NCBI RefSeq assembly: GCF_002078605.1
Contig: NZ_MSJR01000005.1
Span: 157,922 to 189,921, forward strand
Origin: Salegentibacter sediminis
Lineage (GTDB): Bacteria > Bacteroidota > Bacteroidia > Flavobacteriales > Flavobacteriaceae
Reading direction: 5' to 3'
Length of the DNA stretch: 32,000 nucleotides
The translations under genes and the position numbers were made by a program. The first letter of the stretch is position 1. Each line of letters begins with the position of its first letter. Below the pieces are notes generated by a model. That model was not told the DNA's origin. It searched no databases and worked only from the letters and a program-made list of their open reading frames with translations. Positions 8,053 to 17,008 of this stretch are shown here, piece by piece.

Positions 8053-9066
8053 CTATTTGGTAAATCTGTGCAGGGTGTAGGTCATAGCTGCCAGGAGGAA
8101 AAATGCGCCTACCTGATGTGCGACCCCAAGCCAAACCGGCACATAGAGAATTAAGGTGAACACGCCAAGCAAAAATTGAAGTCCCAGCAGGATCAGCAAG
8201 GTATTTATAGCTGTTGGATGCCGGTGTTCAGGGGCTAATTTCCTGGATCTGTACCAGATGTAAAGGATAACCGCCACCACGATATAGGCAAGATATCTAT
8301 GTATAAACTGAACTCCACTTTTTCCTTCAATAAAATTCATCAAAAGCGGTTCCTGTTCAATCCATACCGTCTCGTGTATCAATTTCCCTTCAGCCATAAG
8401 CGGCCAGCTATTATGAATAAATCCGGCATCGAGACCGGCTACAAAAGCTCCCCAAATGATTTGGAGGATAAGGATGATCATCCCAAATCTTAGCAGGTTT
8501 CTGAAACCTTTGTTAATACTGCTTCGGTTTGGATAAATAAGATCGAGGGCAACCCAGAAGGTATATCCGAAAGTTAAAAAGGCAGTTGTTAGGTGGGCCG
8601 CGAGCCTGTAATGACTAACATCGGGCATATCTACCAGGCCGCTTTTTACCATGTACCAGCCCAGGAACCCCTGGAATCCGCCAAGAAACAGTAATATAAT
8701 CGATTTCCTGATGGTAGGCTTGCTGAGTTGTTTGGTGATGAGGAAATACAAAAAGGGAATGATAAAAACGATGCCAATTAGCCTACCCAAAACACGGTGA
8801 AGCCACTCCCAAAAATAAATATCTTTAAATTCCTCCAGGGTAAAATGATAATTTTTCTTTTGGTATTCGGGAAACTGCTTGTAATAATCAAAGGCCTCTG
8901 TCCATTCCTGCTCATTCAGTGGTGGAATAGTACCCCTTACGAGTTTATAATCTGAGATCGATAAGCCAGAATGCGTAAGACGCGTAATGCCGCCCACAAC
9001 TACCATTATAAAAATTAGAATACAACCCGTAAACAGCCAGTAAATTACTTTTTTATTATCTTTCAT
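8053..9066 (-). CDS. ctaA: COX15/CtaA family heme A synthase (cytochrome oxidase assembly protein)
   Basis: The 337-aa polytopic membrane ORF has conserved His residues in TM segments (THSGLSI..., WLHRVLGR, RLAAHLT, FIHRYLAY, VAHQVGA), typical of COX15/CtaA. Confidence 0.8.
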   Translation of the reverse strand: MKDNKKVIYWLFTGCILIFIMVVVGGITRLTHSGLSISDYKLVRGTIPPLNEQEWTEAFDYYKQFPEYQKKNYHFTLEEFKDIYFWEWLHRVLGRLIGIVFIIPFLYFLITKQLSKPTIRKSIILLFLGGFQGFLGWYMVKSGLVDMPDVSHYRLAAHLTTAFLTFGYTFWVALDLIYPNRSSINKGFRNLLRFGMIILILQIIWGAFVAGLDAGFIHNSWPLMAEGKLIHETVWIEQEPLLMNFIEGKSGVQFIHRYLAYIVVAVILYIWYRSRKLAPEHRHPTAINTLLILLGLQFLLGVFTLILYVPVWLGVAHQVGAFFLLAAMTYTLHRFTK

Positions 9067-9111
9067 CTCTTGAATATAATAGGCTCATAAAATAATTTTT
9101 TCAAAAGAACC

Positions 9112-10530
9112 TCAGTTAGCCGTTAAACCAAGTTCCTTTCCTTTTTTAAGCATTAATTCCCTGGCAGGCTCATGTTCGTTAGGGATTTCTCCTTCCAGGA
9201 TTGCTTCCTTAATGGTTTCTTTTATGATCCCAATCTCTCTTGAAGGTTTAATGTTGAAGGTTTCCATAATTTCTTCTCCACTCACCGGAGGTTGGAAATT
9301 GCGAACGTGATCCCGCTCTTCTACCTCCTTCATCTTAGAACGCACCAGTTTAAAGTTGTTATGATACTTTTTAAAGCGCTTAGGATTTTTCGTGGTAATA
9401 TCGGCTTCGCAAAGCGTCATAAGGTCTTCTATATCCTCGCCGGCATCAAAAATAAGTCGTCGCACGGCAGAATCAGTCACATCATTATCAACTATAGCGA
9501 TGGGGCGGGAGCTCATCAGGACTAATTTCTGAACAAATTTCATTTTTTCGTTCAGTGGCAGGCGAAGACGTTTAAATAACCTATAGACCATCTTTGCGCC
9601 TACGAATTCATGCCCATGGAAGGTCCATCCAATCTTTTTATGAAATTTTTTAGTTGGCGCTTTTCCAATATCGTGTAAGAGAGCCGCCCAGCGTAACCAG
9701 AGATCATTGGTGTTTTTGGAAATATTATCCACCACTTCCAGGGTATGCCAGAAATTATCTTTATGCCGTTGTCCTTCAATTTCATCTATGCCTTCAAGAG
9801 CGGTTAATTCTGGCAGGATGAATGCTAAAAGTCCTGTTTTATGTAGAAGGGAGAATCCTTTTGAAGGTTTATCGGTGAGCATTATTTTGTGAAGCTCATC
9901 GGTAATCCTTTCTTTTGAAATGATTTTTATCCTGTTTTTATTGCGGGAAATTGCTTCGAGAGACTCCTTTTCGATTTTGAAATTCAATTGGGTAGCAAAC
10001 CTAATGGCCCGTAGCATTCGCAGAGGATCATCTGAATAGGTGATGTCGGGATCCAGTGGGGTTCTAATTGTTTTTGCATTCAGGTCTTCCAGACCATTAA
10101 ATGGGTCCAGGAGATCACCATAATTTTTATCGTTTAATCCAAGGGCCAGCGCATTTATGGTGAAATCCCTGCGGTTTTGGTCGTCTGCAAGGCTTCCGTC
10201 TTCTACCCGTGGTTTACGGCTATCTTTTTGATAGCTTTCTCTGCGGGCCCCAACGAATTCAATTTCCATATCGAAGGCACGAAGCATAGCCGTACCATAG
10301 GTTTTAAAAATCTGGACTTTGGGCTTATGCGGAAGCTTTTCAGCCACTCTCTTTGCCAGTTCAATTCCACTTCCTACTGCCACAATATCTATATCTTTTG
10401 GTTCGCCGCGCTTTAGAATATAATCGCGAACAAAGCCACCAATTACGTAGCTTTCCAGTTGAAGCTCTTCAGAAGCATCAGAAATTACCTTGAAAATATT
10501 ATGAGTTAGGGCGTTCTTGTAGTTCTCCAC
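9112..10530 (-). CDS. tRNA nucleotidyltransferase / poly(A) polymerase family protein with an HD domain (CCA-adding enzyme-like)
   Basis: The 472-aa ORF has a nucleotidyltransferase head (VIGGFVRDYILKR..KDIDIVAV, RRDFTINALA) and an HD motif (LLHDIGK). The start codon at 10530-10528 is GTG, with no nearby in-frame ATG. Confidence 0.8.
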   Translation of the reverse strand: MENYKNALTHNIFKVISDASEELQLESYVIGGFVRDYILKRGEPKDIDIVAVGSGIELAKRVAEKLPHKPKVQIFKTYGTAMLRAFDMEIEFVGARRESYQKDSRKPRVEDGSLADDQNRRDFTINALALGLNDKNYGDLLDPFNGLEDLNAKTIRTPLDPDITYSDDPLRMLRAIRFATQLNFKIEKESLEAISRNKNRIKIISKERITDELHKIMLTDKPSKGFSLLHKTGLLAFILPELTALEGIDEIEGQRHKDNFWHTLEVVDNISKNTNDLWLRWAALLHDIGKAPTKKFHKKIGWTFHGHEFVGAKMVYRLFKRLRLPLNEKMKFVQKLVLMSSRPIAIVDNDVTDSAVRRLIFDAGEDIEDLMTLCEADITTKNPKRFKKYHNNFKLVRSKMKEVEERDHVRNFQPPVSGEEIMETFNIKPSREIGIIKETIKEAILEGEIPNEHEPARELMLKKGKELGLTAN

Positions 10531-10531
10531 C

Positions 10532-10549
10532 TTTTGGGTATTTTGGGTA
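10532..10549. repeat. Perfect tandem 9-mer (TTTTGGGTA x2) abutting the GTG start of the 9112-10530 gene
   Basis: Read directly: 10532-10540 and 10541-10549 are identical. In mRNA sense this gives UACCCAAAAUACCCAAAAG immediately 5' of the GUG. Confidence 0.9.
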
Positions 10550-10641
10550 TCCTTGCACTTAGGGCTAAACTAACTTCAGCTTTTTTCAATTTAAAGCCTT
10601 TTCAGGCTTAGAATGCAATAATTACCTTTAAAATTTTTAAC

Positions 10642-11211
10642 CTATTTCCTAATTACTGTAACCTTCCCATCGTTTGTTAACTTAATGATAGCCGATGGTT
10701 TGCCAGACTGTTTTGACCGCTGCAAATTTACTACATAGTCAACACCTTTTAAAATCTCCGGGCTAATTTGAGCAAAGGATTGCGGAGTTTTTTCACCACT
10801 TATGTTGGCGGAGGTCGAAACGATTGGTTTTCTGAATCTTTTAACCAATTCATTGCTGAATTTATCTTTAGAAACCCTAATTGCCAGCGAATTGTCATCG
10901 GCGATCAGGTTCTCGGCAACTCTTATGGGATCGTCATAGATTATAGTGGTGGGTTTGTGGGCGTATTTCAAAATGTCGTAAGCCACTTCCGGCACGTTTT
11001 CTACAAACTGGTTAAGCATTTTATAATCTGAAACAAGACAAATTAACGCCTGACTTTCCTTACGTTTTTTTAAAGCATAAATCCTGTCTACCGCATCCGC
11101 ATTGGTAGCATCGCAGCCTATTCCCCAAACAGTATCGGTAGGGTAAAGAATGAGCCCGCCGCGTTTAAGGGTTTCCAGGCAATTTTGCATTTCGGTTTTA
11201 TAATCGCTCAT
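10642..11211 (-). CDS. tsaC: L-threonylcarbamoyladenylate synthase (YrdC/TsaC family, t6A tRNA modification)
   Basis: The 189-aa ORF carries YrdC-domain hallmarks (GGLILYPTDTVWGIGCDA, YALKKRKESQALICLV, VSTSANISG). Its ATG at 11211 lies 14 bp inside the 3' end of the upstream glycosyltransferase ORF. Confidence 0.85.
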   Translation of the reverse strand: MSDYKTEMQNCLETLKRGGLILYPTDTVWGIGCDATNADAVDRIYALKKRKESQALICLVSDYKMLNQFVENVPEVAYDILKYAHKPTTIIYDDPIRVAENLIADDNSLAIRVSKDKFSNELVKRFRKPIVSTSANISGEKTPQSFAQISPEILKGVDYVVNLQRSKQSGKPSAIIKLTNDGKVTVIRK

Positions 11212-12313
11212 TGAGTATATTTTTATATTCGGTTAAAGTTTTTTCTGCCATAATATCAGAAGTGAAATCCTGTAATAATTTATGATAAGAAATTTCGACA
11301 AATTTCGGGATCAATTCTTCATTATTACTCAAAAACAGGATGTTTTCGCATAATTTTTTTTCATCGTGGGCCTCTGCCAGTAAACCGTTAATTTTATGAC
11401 TTATAATTTCGGGGATTCCGCCCACGGAGGTGCTGATTACCGGAACCTTATGAAAAAAGGATTCATAGATAAACTGGGGTAGGCCTTCGCTTTGAGAAGT
11501 CATAATTGAGATATCAAATTGAGGAATAAGCGCTGAAGCATTTTCACGGAACCCCAGGAAGCTAAAATGTTCTTCTAAACCATATTGTTTCACCATTAAT
11601 TTTAGTGATTCGGTGCGTTGCTTTGTAAAGTTTCCAATTTGAACAAAATGAAAGTCGCTTCTGGTTTTAAGATTAATAAGCTGGTTAGCGGTCTTAACAA
11701 GAGTGGGAAGATCTTTTGGTCTTATATGATTGGCAATATTTCCTATAATCTTTTTATCTGAAGAAAGCTTAAGATGTTTTCGCAAGTTCAATTCTGCTTT
11801 TGAACCTGATTGCTGCTGTATGGCTACCCCATGATAAAGCCTGATTAGTTTTTTTTGATCAATAATGCTTTTGGAAGTTACTTTTCTGGTTTCTTCTGAT
11901 ACACATAAAATCTTTTTAATCTTTGGGTAATTATATTTATAAAGGCTTTGTTTTCTTGGTTTAATGGGGAAACTCGTTTTTTTACTTAATACAAAAGGGG
12001 GGAGGTCTGCCAGGTGATCTGCCACGACGGCCAGGGTGAGTGCCGTACTGTCGTGAATGTGCAGTAGATCGAATTTTTGTTTCTTCACTAATCGGATAAG
12101 CCTGTACAAAAATCGGGGGTCCAGTTTATTATCCAGGGGCGCCGCATGTAAGAGTATTCCTGTTTTTTCCAACCTTTGGTGAAGAATGCCTTTTTTAACA
12201 CATAATACGTGATTTTCAGCCAGGCCTTTTTTATCCAGTTCAAAACAAAGATTTTCCAGGTGGTTTTCACCGCCACCCCATTTTTTAGCTGCAGAAAGAT
12301 GGAGGATCTTCAA
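11198..12313 (-). CDS. Glycosyltransferase family 4 (GT-B, GT1/GT4 type)
   Basis: The 371-aa ORF has the C-terminal GT4 motif SQSEGLPQFIYESFFHKVPVISTSVGGIPEII (E-x7-E). The N-terminus (M)KILHLSAAKKWGGGENH is typical. The start codon at 12313-12311 is TTG, 3 bp after the stop of the upstream GT. Confidence 0.8.
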   Translation of the reverse strand: MKILHLSAAKKWGGGENHLENLCFELDKKGLAENHVLCVKKGILHQRLEKTGILLHAAPLDNKLDPRFLYRLIRLVKKQKFDLLHIHDSTALTLAVVADHLADLPPFVLSKKTSFPIKPRKQSLYKYNYPKIKKILCVSEETRKVTSKSIIDQKKLIRLYHGVAIQQQSGSKAELNLRKHLKLSSDKKIIGNIANHIRPKDLPTLVKTANQLINLKTRSDFHFVQIGNFTKQRTESLKLMVKQYGLEEHFSFLGFRENASALIPQFDISIMTSQSEGLPQFIYESFFHKVPVISTSVGGIPEIISHKINGLLAEAHDEKKLCENILFLSNNEELIPKFVEISYHKLLQDFTSDIMAEKTLTEYKNILNERL

Positions 12314-12316
12314 AAT

Positions 12317-13303
12317 TTATCTAAATTCAGCAATACGGTTCAACTGCGGATTATATTTGGGCACTTTTTCATTCACCGGTTCTCCTTTATATACCTTCTC
12401 ATATAGATTTAAATATTTTTCTGTCATAAGCCTGGAATTAAATTCTTTTAAAGCATACTCATGGCATTTTTGCGGATCATATTTAAAAGAGCTCATGGCC
12501 TCTGCAATTTCCTTTTCTGAATTTGCGGTATGGCCGGTTTCGGGGGTTAGAAGTTCGGGGAGGGACCCGTTGCTAGTTCCAAAAACCGCACAGCCAAAAT
12601 AAAGGCTTTCGATAATGGCCAGGCCAAAGGGTTCATGCCAGAGCACAGGAAAGACCAGGCCTTTTGAGCGTTCCAGGATTCTGCTCTTTTCAAGATTGCC
12701 AAGAAAGCCGTGAAATTTGATCCTGCTATCAAATAGTAGTGAAAATCCATCCTTTAAATTCCGCGAAGTCCATTTTTTACCGCCTATAACGTTCAGGCAC
12801 TCATTAATCCTTCTGGCGATTTTCATTGCACCGATAGCATTTTTAACACTCCATCTCGCTTTGCCCAGAAAGTGATATCCCTTGCGGGGTAGTTTAAGAT
12901 TTGGGACAGGGTAGTCTTCCCATAACAACCCATTGTAAACAAAGGTTTCGGAATTATGCCGGGCTGCATGATTCCTGGATATAAATACAGTATTAATGTC
13001 CAGTACCTCATCAGGTTCTGGATTACCATGCATGGTCACCAGATATGGTTTTTCAATTTTATCTTCCGGGGTGAAATTAAAGTGTACCACATCTATATCC
13101 TCAGGGATTTGTTCATTGAGGTTCCGCTGGCGATCGAGAAAAAGGACATGGGCAAAATCTGAAGACGAGCCTTCGGGAACCAAAAAAGTAACCTCATGGC
13201 CAAGAGCGTGTAATTCCTTACCCAGGCCCCAGATCACCCTTTCTGTCCCGCCGTAATTCACTACCGGGATCTTATGGCCTCTGTCTACAATACAAATTTT
13301 CAT
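12317..13303 (-). CDS. Glycosyltransferase family 4
   Basis: The 328-aa ORF starts at an ATG and carries the motif WHEPFGLAIIESLYFGCAVFGTSNGSLPELL (GT4 nucleotide-sugar binding region). Confidence 0.8.
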   Translation of the reverse strand: MKICIVDRGHKIPVVNYGGTERVIWGLGKELHALGHEVTFLVPEGSSSDFAHVLFLDRQRNLNEQIPEDIDVVHFNFTPEDKIEKPYLVTMHGNPEPDEVLDINTVFISRNHAARHNSETFVYNGLLWEDYPVPNLKLPRKGYHFLGKARWSVKNAIGAMKIARRINECLNVIGGKKWTSRNLKDGFSLLFDSRIKFHGFLGNLEKSRILERSKGLVFPVLWHEPFGLAIIESLYFGCAVFGTSNGSLPELLTPETGHTANSEKEIAEAMSSFKYDPQKCHEYALKEFNSRLMTEKYLNLYEKVYKGEPVNEKVPKYNPQLNRIAEFR

Positions 13304-13408
13304 GCCTTGAATTTGGAGGGCTAAATTACAGCTTTAATTGATAAGACCGAATTAACCGGGGCAATTCCAGGGGCTTTGGACTCGATATTATAGATTAAAG
13401 AAAACCTG

Positions 13409-13416
13409 TACCTTTG
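13409..13416 (+). promoter_or_regulatory. Candidate Bacteroidetes -7 box TACCTTTG
   Basis: This is an exact TAnnTTTG match, 19 nt upstream of the ATG at 13435, in the divergent intergenic region 13304-13434. Confidence 0.4.
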
Positions 13417-13434
13417 CCGGAACAGGCATAAAAT

Positions 13435-14250
13435 ATGAAAACTGCTTTACTTCTTTCTACCTACAACTGGCCCGAGGCTTTAAATTCGGTTTTAAAAAGC
13501 CTTGCTGCTCAAACTGTATTGCCTTCTGAAGTTATAATAGCAGATGACGGGTCGGGGAAGTCGACTCGCGAAGTGATCTCCCAATTTCGAAAGAAACTTG
13601 CAATTCCTGTAAAGCATATATGGCAAAAGGACAAAGGTTTTCGAAAGTCTGCAATCCTCAATAAAGCTTTGGCCCAAAGTTCAGCCGATTATATTATTCA
13701 AATAGATGGCGATTGCATTATGCATAAAGATTTTATTCGGGATCATCTTGCCCGGGCAGAATCGGGAGTATTCTTGTTTGGGTCCCGGGTAAACATTAAA
13801 CCTGAAGTAGTAAAAAAGATTTTGAACCTGGACAAAGTTCAATTCACACCTTTTTCCTCAAGCATAAAAAATAAAACCCGAAATATAAGAATTCCGGCTT
13901 TTCAGGAGTTTTATAAGCCCAAATCAGATTTTTCAGAAAAGACGCGTGGGTGTAATCTTTCTTACTGGAGAGAAGATTTTTTGTCCGTAAATGGATACGA
14001 CGAAGCTATGGAAGGTTGGGGCAGAGAAGACTCTGAGTTTGTGATTAGGTTGCTCAATAAAAATATAAAAGGGAAACGATTGCGTTATGGTGGGATTGTT
14101 TACCACATTTATCATCCTGAAAAATCTAAAGAATTTGTAAAGGCAAATTCTGAAATTCAGCAACGCACAATTAAAGAAAACAAGCAGTGGTGCCAGAATG
14201 GTGTAGCTAAATACCTGGCTCAAAACTCAATGAACAAACCGATAGAATGA
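13435..14250 (+). CDS. Glycosyltransferase family 2 (with a galactosyltransferase-C-like C-terminal region)
   Basis: The 271-aa ORF has GT-A motifs LLSTYNWPEAL, IIADDGS and QIDGDC (DxD), plus a later GWGREDSEF. It is a clear paralog of the 15009-15833 ORF. Confidence 0.85.
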   Translation: MKTALLLSTYNWPEALNSVLKSLAAQTVLPSEVIIADDGSGKSTREVISQFRKKLAIPVKHIWQKDKGFRKSAILNKALAQSSADYIIQIDGDCIMHKDFIRDHLARAESGVFLFGSRVNIKPEVVKKILNLDKVQFTPFSSSIKNKTRNIRIPAFQEFYKPKSDFSEKTRGCNLSYWREDFLSVNGYDEAMEGWGREDSEFVIRLLNKNIKGKRLRYGGIVYHIYHPEKSKEFVKANSEIQQRTIKENKQWCQNGVAKYLAQNSMNKPIE

Positions 14251-14990
14251 AAGTAATCGTTTCTCCTCAATACAGGGACCGGAAAGACCAGATTTTCCAT
14301 TTTATTGAAAACTTCAGCAATGAAGGTGATCTCCTTGGAAATGGGGATAGGAATACCATAAAGCTGTTTGATCTAAATGGGGAGCGGATAAATATTAAAT
14401 CCTTTAAAGTCCCCAATATGGTAAATAAAATTGCCTATCGGTTTTTCAGAAAATCCAAGGCTGAAAGGTCTTTTAATTATGCCCAAATTTTAGGCGAGAA
14501 GGGTATTGGCACTCCAACGCCAATTGCCTATGCCGAGGAGACCACTGCTACTCAGTTTTTAAAGAGTTACTATGTAAGTCAACAGCTAAAAGCAGACCTT
14601 ACCTTTAGGGAAATTAATCTTGAAAGGGAAGGTCATGAGGCTATACTTCGCGCGTTTACCAGGTTTACTTTTCATCTTCATGAGCAGGAAGTGGAATTTC
14701 TGGATCATTCGCCGGGAAATACCTTAATTAAGTTAAATGGCGGTAATTATGAATTCTTTCTGGTAGATCTAAACCGAATGAATTTTGGGAAATTGAATTT
14801 TACCCAGCGGATGATGAACTTCTCCCGTCTTACGCCGAATGAAAACATGATAAGGATCATGGCTAATGAATATGCCTCCCTGATCGAGAAATCTGAAAAT
14901 GAAGTTTTTGAAAAGATGTGGTTCTTTACCAATCAGTTTCAGGAAAAATTCCGAAGAAAAAAAGCGCTAAAAAAGAAATTCGGCTTATAG
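14247..14990 (+). CDS. Lipopolysaccharide kinase (Kdo/WaaP/InaA) family protein
   Basis: The 247-aa ORF has the catalytic-loop-like motif LDHSPGNTLI followed by FLVDLNRM (the iDxd metal loop), as in Kdo/LPS-core kinases. Its ATG overlaps the upstream stop (ATGA at 14247-14250). Confidence 0.7.
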   Translation: MKVIVSPQYRDRKDQIFHFIENFSNEGDLLGNGDRNTIKLFDLNGERINIKSFKVPNMVNKIAYRFFRKSKAERSFNYAQILGEKGIGTPTPIAYAEETTATQFLKSYYVSQQLKADLTFREINLEREGHEAILRAFTRFTFHLHEQEVEFLDHSPGNTLIKLNGGNYEFFLVDLNRMNFGKLNFTQRMMNFSRLTPNENMIRIMANEYASLIEKSENEVFEKMWFFTNQFQEKFRRKKALKKKFGL

Positions 14991-15008
14991 CTATAATTTA
15001 ATTCCCCA

Positions 15009-15833
15009 ATGAAGAAACCTGAGATTTCTGTAATAATTAGCACCTATAATGCCGTAGAATGGCTAAGGAAAACTTTAACCGGCTATAAAATTCAGGACAC
15101 TACCGATTTTGAACTCGTGATTGCCGACGATGGCTCTTCAGAAGAAACCAGGCTTTTCCTTGAAGCATTTAAGAAAGAAAGTCCGGTACCGGTAATTCAC
15201 GTATGGCAGGAAGACGATGGTTTTCAAAAGACGAAAATTCTTAATAAGGCGATCCTGGCCTGTAATGCTAACTATATTCTAATGAGTGATGGGGATTGCA
15301 TTCCCCGCAAGGATTTTGTAAGTACTCATTTAAAGTATAGGGAAGAAGGATATTTTCTCTCCGGGGGCTACTTTAAACTCCCCATGGATATTTCAAAAAA
15401 GATTGTAGAAGAGGATATTATCGCTCAAAAATGTTTCGAAAAGGCCTGTCTTAAAAAATACGGCTTAAAATCTTCTATTAAAAATCTGAAGCTTACAGCA
15501 GGCCAGAAAAGGGCGTTTCTTCTTAATAATTTAACTCCCACCGGCGCCACCTGGAATGGGCATAATGCCAGTGGATGGAAAAAGGATATTATTGCAGTAA
15601 ACGGTTTTGATGAACGAATGCAGTATGGTGGGGAAGATCGTGAACTGGGCGAGCGACTTTTTAATTACGGGATTAAATCTAAGCAAATTCGCTACTCGGC
15701 AGTTTGTGTACATTTGGAACATCCCCGGGGCTACAAAACCCCTGAAGCTATGGCTTTTAATAAGCAGATTAGAAGAGAGACCCGGGAAGAAAAAAAGACC
15801 TTTACTCCACACGGTATTGTAAATAGGCTTTGA
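15009..15833 (+). CDS. Glycosyltransferase family 2 (paralog of 13435-14250)
   Basis: The 274-aa ORF has VIISTYNAVEWL, VIADDGS, MSDGDC and YGGEDRELGERL. It is collinear with the other GT2 throughout the first ~110 residues. Confidence 0.85.
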   Translation: MKKPEISVIISTYNAVEWLRKTLTGYKIQDTTDFELVIADDGSSEETRLFLEAFKKESPVPVIHVWQEDDGFQKTKILNKAILACNANYILMSDGDCIPRKDFVSTHLKYREEGYFLSGGYFKLPMDISKKIVEEDIIAQKCFEKACLKKYGLKSSIKNLKLTAGQKRAFLLNNLTPTGATWNGHNASGWKKDIIAVNGFDERMQYGGEDRELGERLFNYGIKSKQIRYSAVCVHLEHPRGYKTPEAMAFNKQIRRETREEKKTFTPHGIVNRL

Positions 15834-15835
15834 TC

Positions 15836-16891
15836 TTAACTGGTCTTTAGGGAATTGAGCTCTGCTAAAAATCTTTGGAGTTTAGGAATTATAAGGATTG
15901 GAGAAAAACTTTGATAAAGATTAGGATTCGCTTTCTTTTCTTTAAAAAGCTCGGGTTTAAAATCTTTGAGATGAACACTTTGATTCTGCCTGTCTTCATA
16001 GATCGCCCAGGCATCTTTGTTAATTTGGGGAGAGAAGATAGCAAAAGTCGGAATTTTAAGAGCCTTCGCCATATTAATGGCGCCGCCTTCGTTACCTATT
16101 AAAGCATTACAGTGAGCGGTAAGTGCCAGGAATTCCCGGAGATTCTTTCCGTATATATTTAGGTGAATTCTTTCCCGGGTCTCAGGTGTGCATAAATTAT
16201 AAATAACTTCTACTTCCTTTTTTTGCTTCGGAATATAATTAAATAGAAAATCGGCCTGGGGATTTTTTGCTATTTCATCCAGGAGAACGGCCATGAATTC
16301 CGGGGGGTAAGTCTTTTCTTTTGAGCTTCCCAAAACTCCTATCATAAACAAAGAGTTTTTAGGATCAATTCCCGCTTTGAGAAGTTGATTTTTGGCTTTA
16401 GCCTTTTCCTTTTCAGTAAGATAGATTTCTGGCTTTAATTCTACGGGGAAAGCTTTCTCCAAAGCCTTTAACAGCAACATCCTGTTCTCGATGGCTAATC
16501 CGGCATTTGTAGTTGGTTTATGGCGCTGTTTTACCGTTTTGGTATATAAATAAGACGTGTACCATTTGTGGTATGAGATACGCACTGGAGCTCCCGATGC
16601 TTTACTTATAATTCCGGTAGCAATCTTGGAGTATACATCGATCACTATCTCATAATTTTCATTTCTGATAAGCTTCAGAAAATTTAAAAACTTTAATGGT
16701 TTCCCATCTTCTTCCGGTTTATACGTGATAATCCGGTCTATATACGGGTTATTTTCAATAACCGGAAGTGTGTGTGGATAAATTAGATAATGCAGCTCGG
16801 CCTTAGGATATTTTTCCCGAAGCGCCTTAAATAAGATTGAGGATGTAAGCACATCCCCAATCATCTTTTGCTGTATTATGAGTATTTTCAT
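15836..16891 (-). CDS. Glycosyltransferase family 9 (heptosyltransferase-like LPS core transferase)
   Basis: The 351-aa ORF has the N-terminus MKILIIQQKMIGDVLTSS and the C-terminal segment LIGNEGGAINMAKALKIPTFAIFSP, both characteristic of GT9. Confidence 0.85.
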   Translation of the reverse strand: MKILIIQQKMIGDVLTSSILFKALREKYPKAELHYLIYPHTLPVIENNPYIDRIITYKPEEDGKPLKFLNFLKLIRNENYEIVIDVYSKIATGIISKASGAPVRISYHKWYTSYLYTKTVKQRHKPTTNAGLAIENRMLLLKALEKAFPVELKPEIYLTEKEKAKAKNQLLKAGIDPKNSLFMIGVLGSSKEKTYPPEFMAVLLDEIAKNPQADFLFNYIPKQKKEVEVIYNLCTPETRERIHLNIYGKNLREFLALTAHCNALIGNEGGAINMAKALKIPTFAIFSPQINKDAWAIYEDRQNQSVHLKDFKPELFKEKKANPNLYQSFSPILIIPKLQRFLAELNSLKTS

Positions 16892-17008
16892 AGGTCACGC
16901 CCGGCCTCCCCGAGTGGGAAGAGTTATCTTGATTTTTATTGTTTAAAACTTTCCCATTTTTCCATTCAATAAAGACTGAAATTCCTGCTTTCGCGGTGGG
17001 GGTAAAGC

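Noticed and set aside
10594-10609. The hairpin AAGCCT-TTTC-AGGCTT downstream of tsaC as a terminator.
   Set aside because: It has a 6-bp stem and no T-tract on the relevant (minus) strand, where the flank is A-rich. This is not convincing as an intrinsic terminator.
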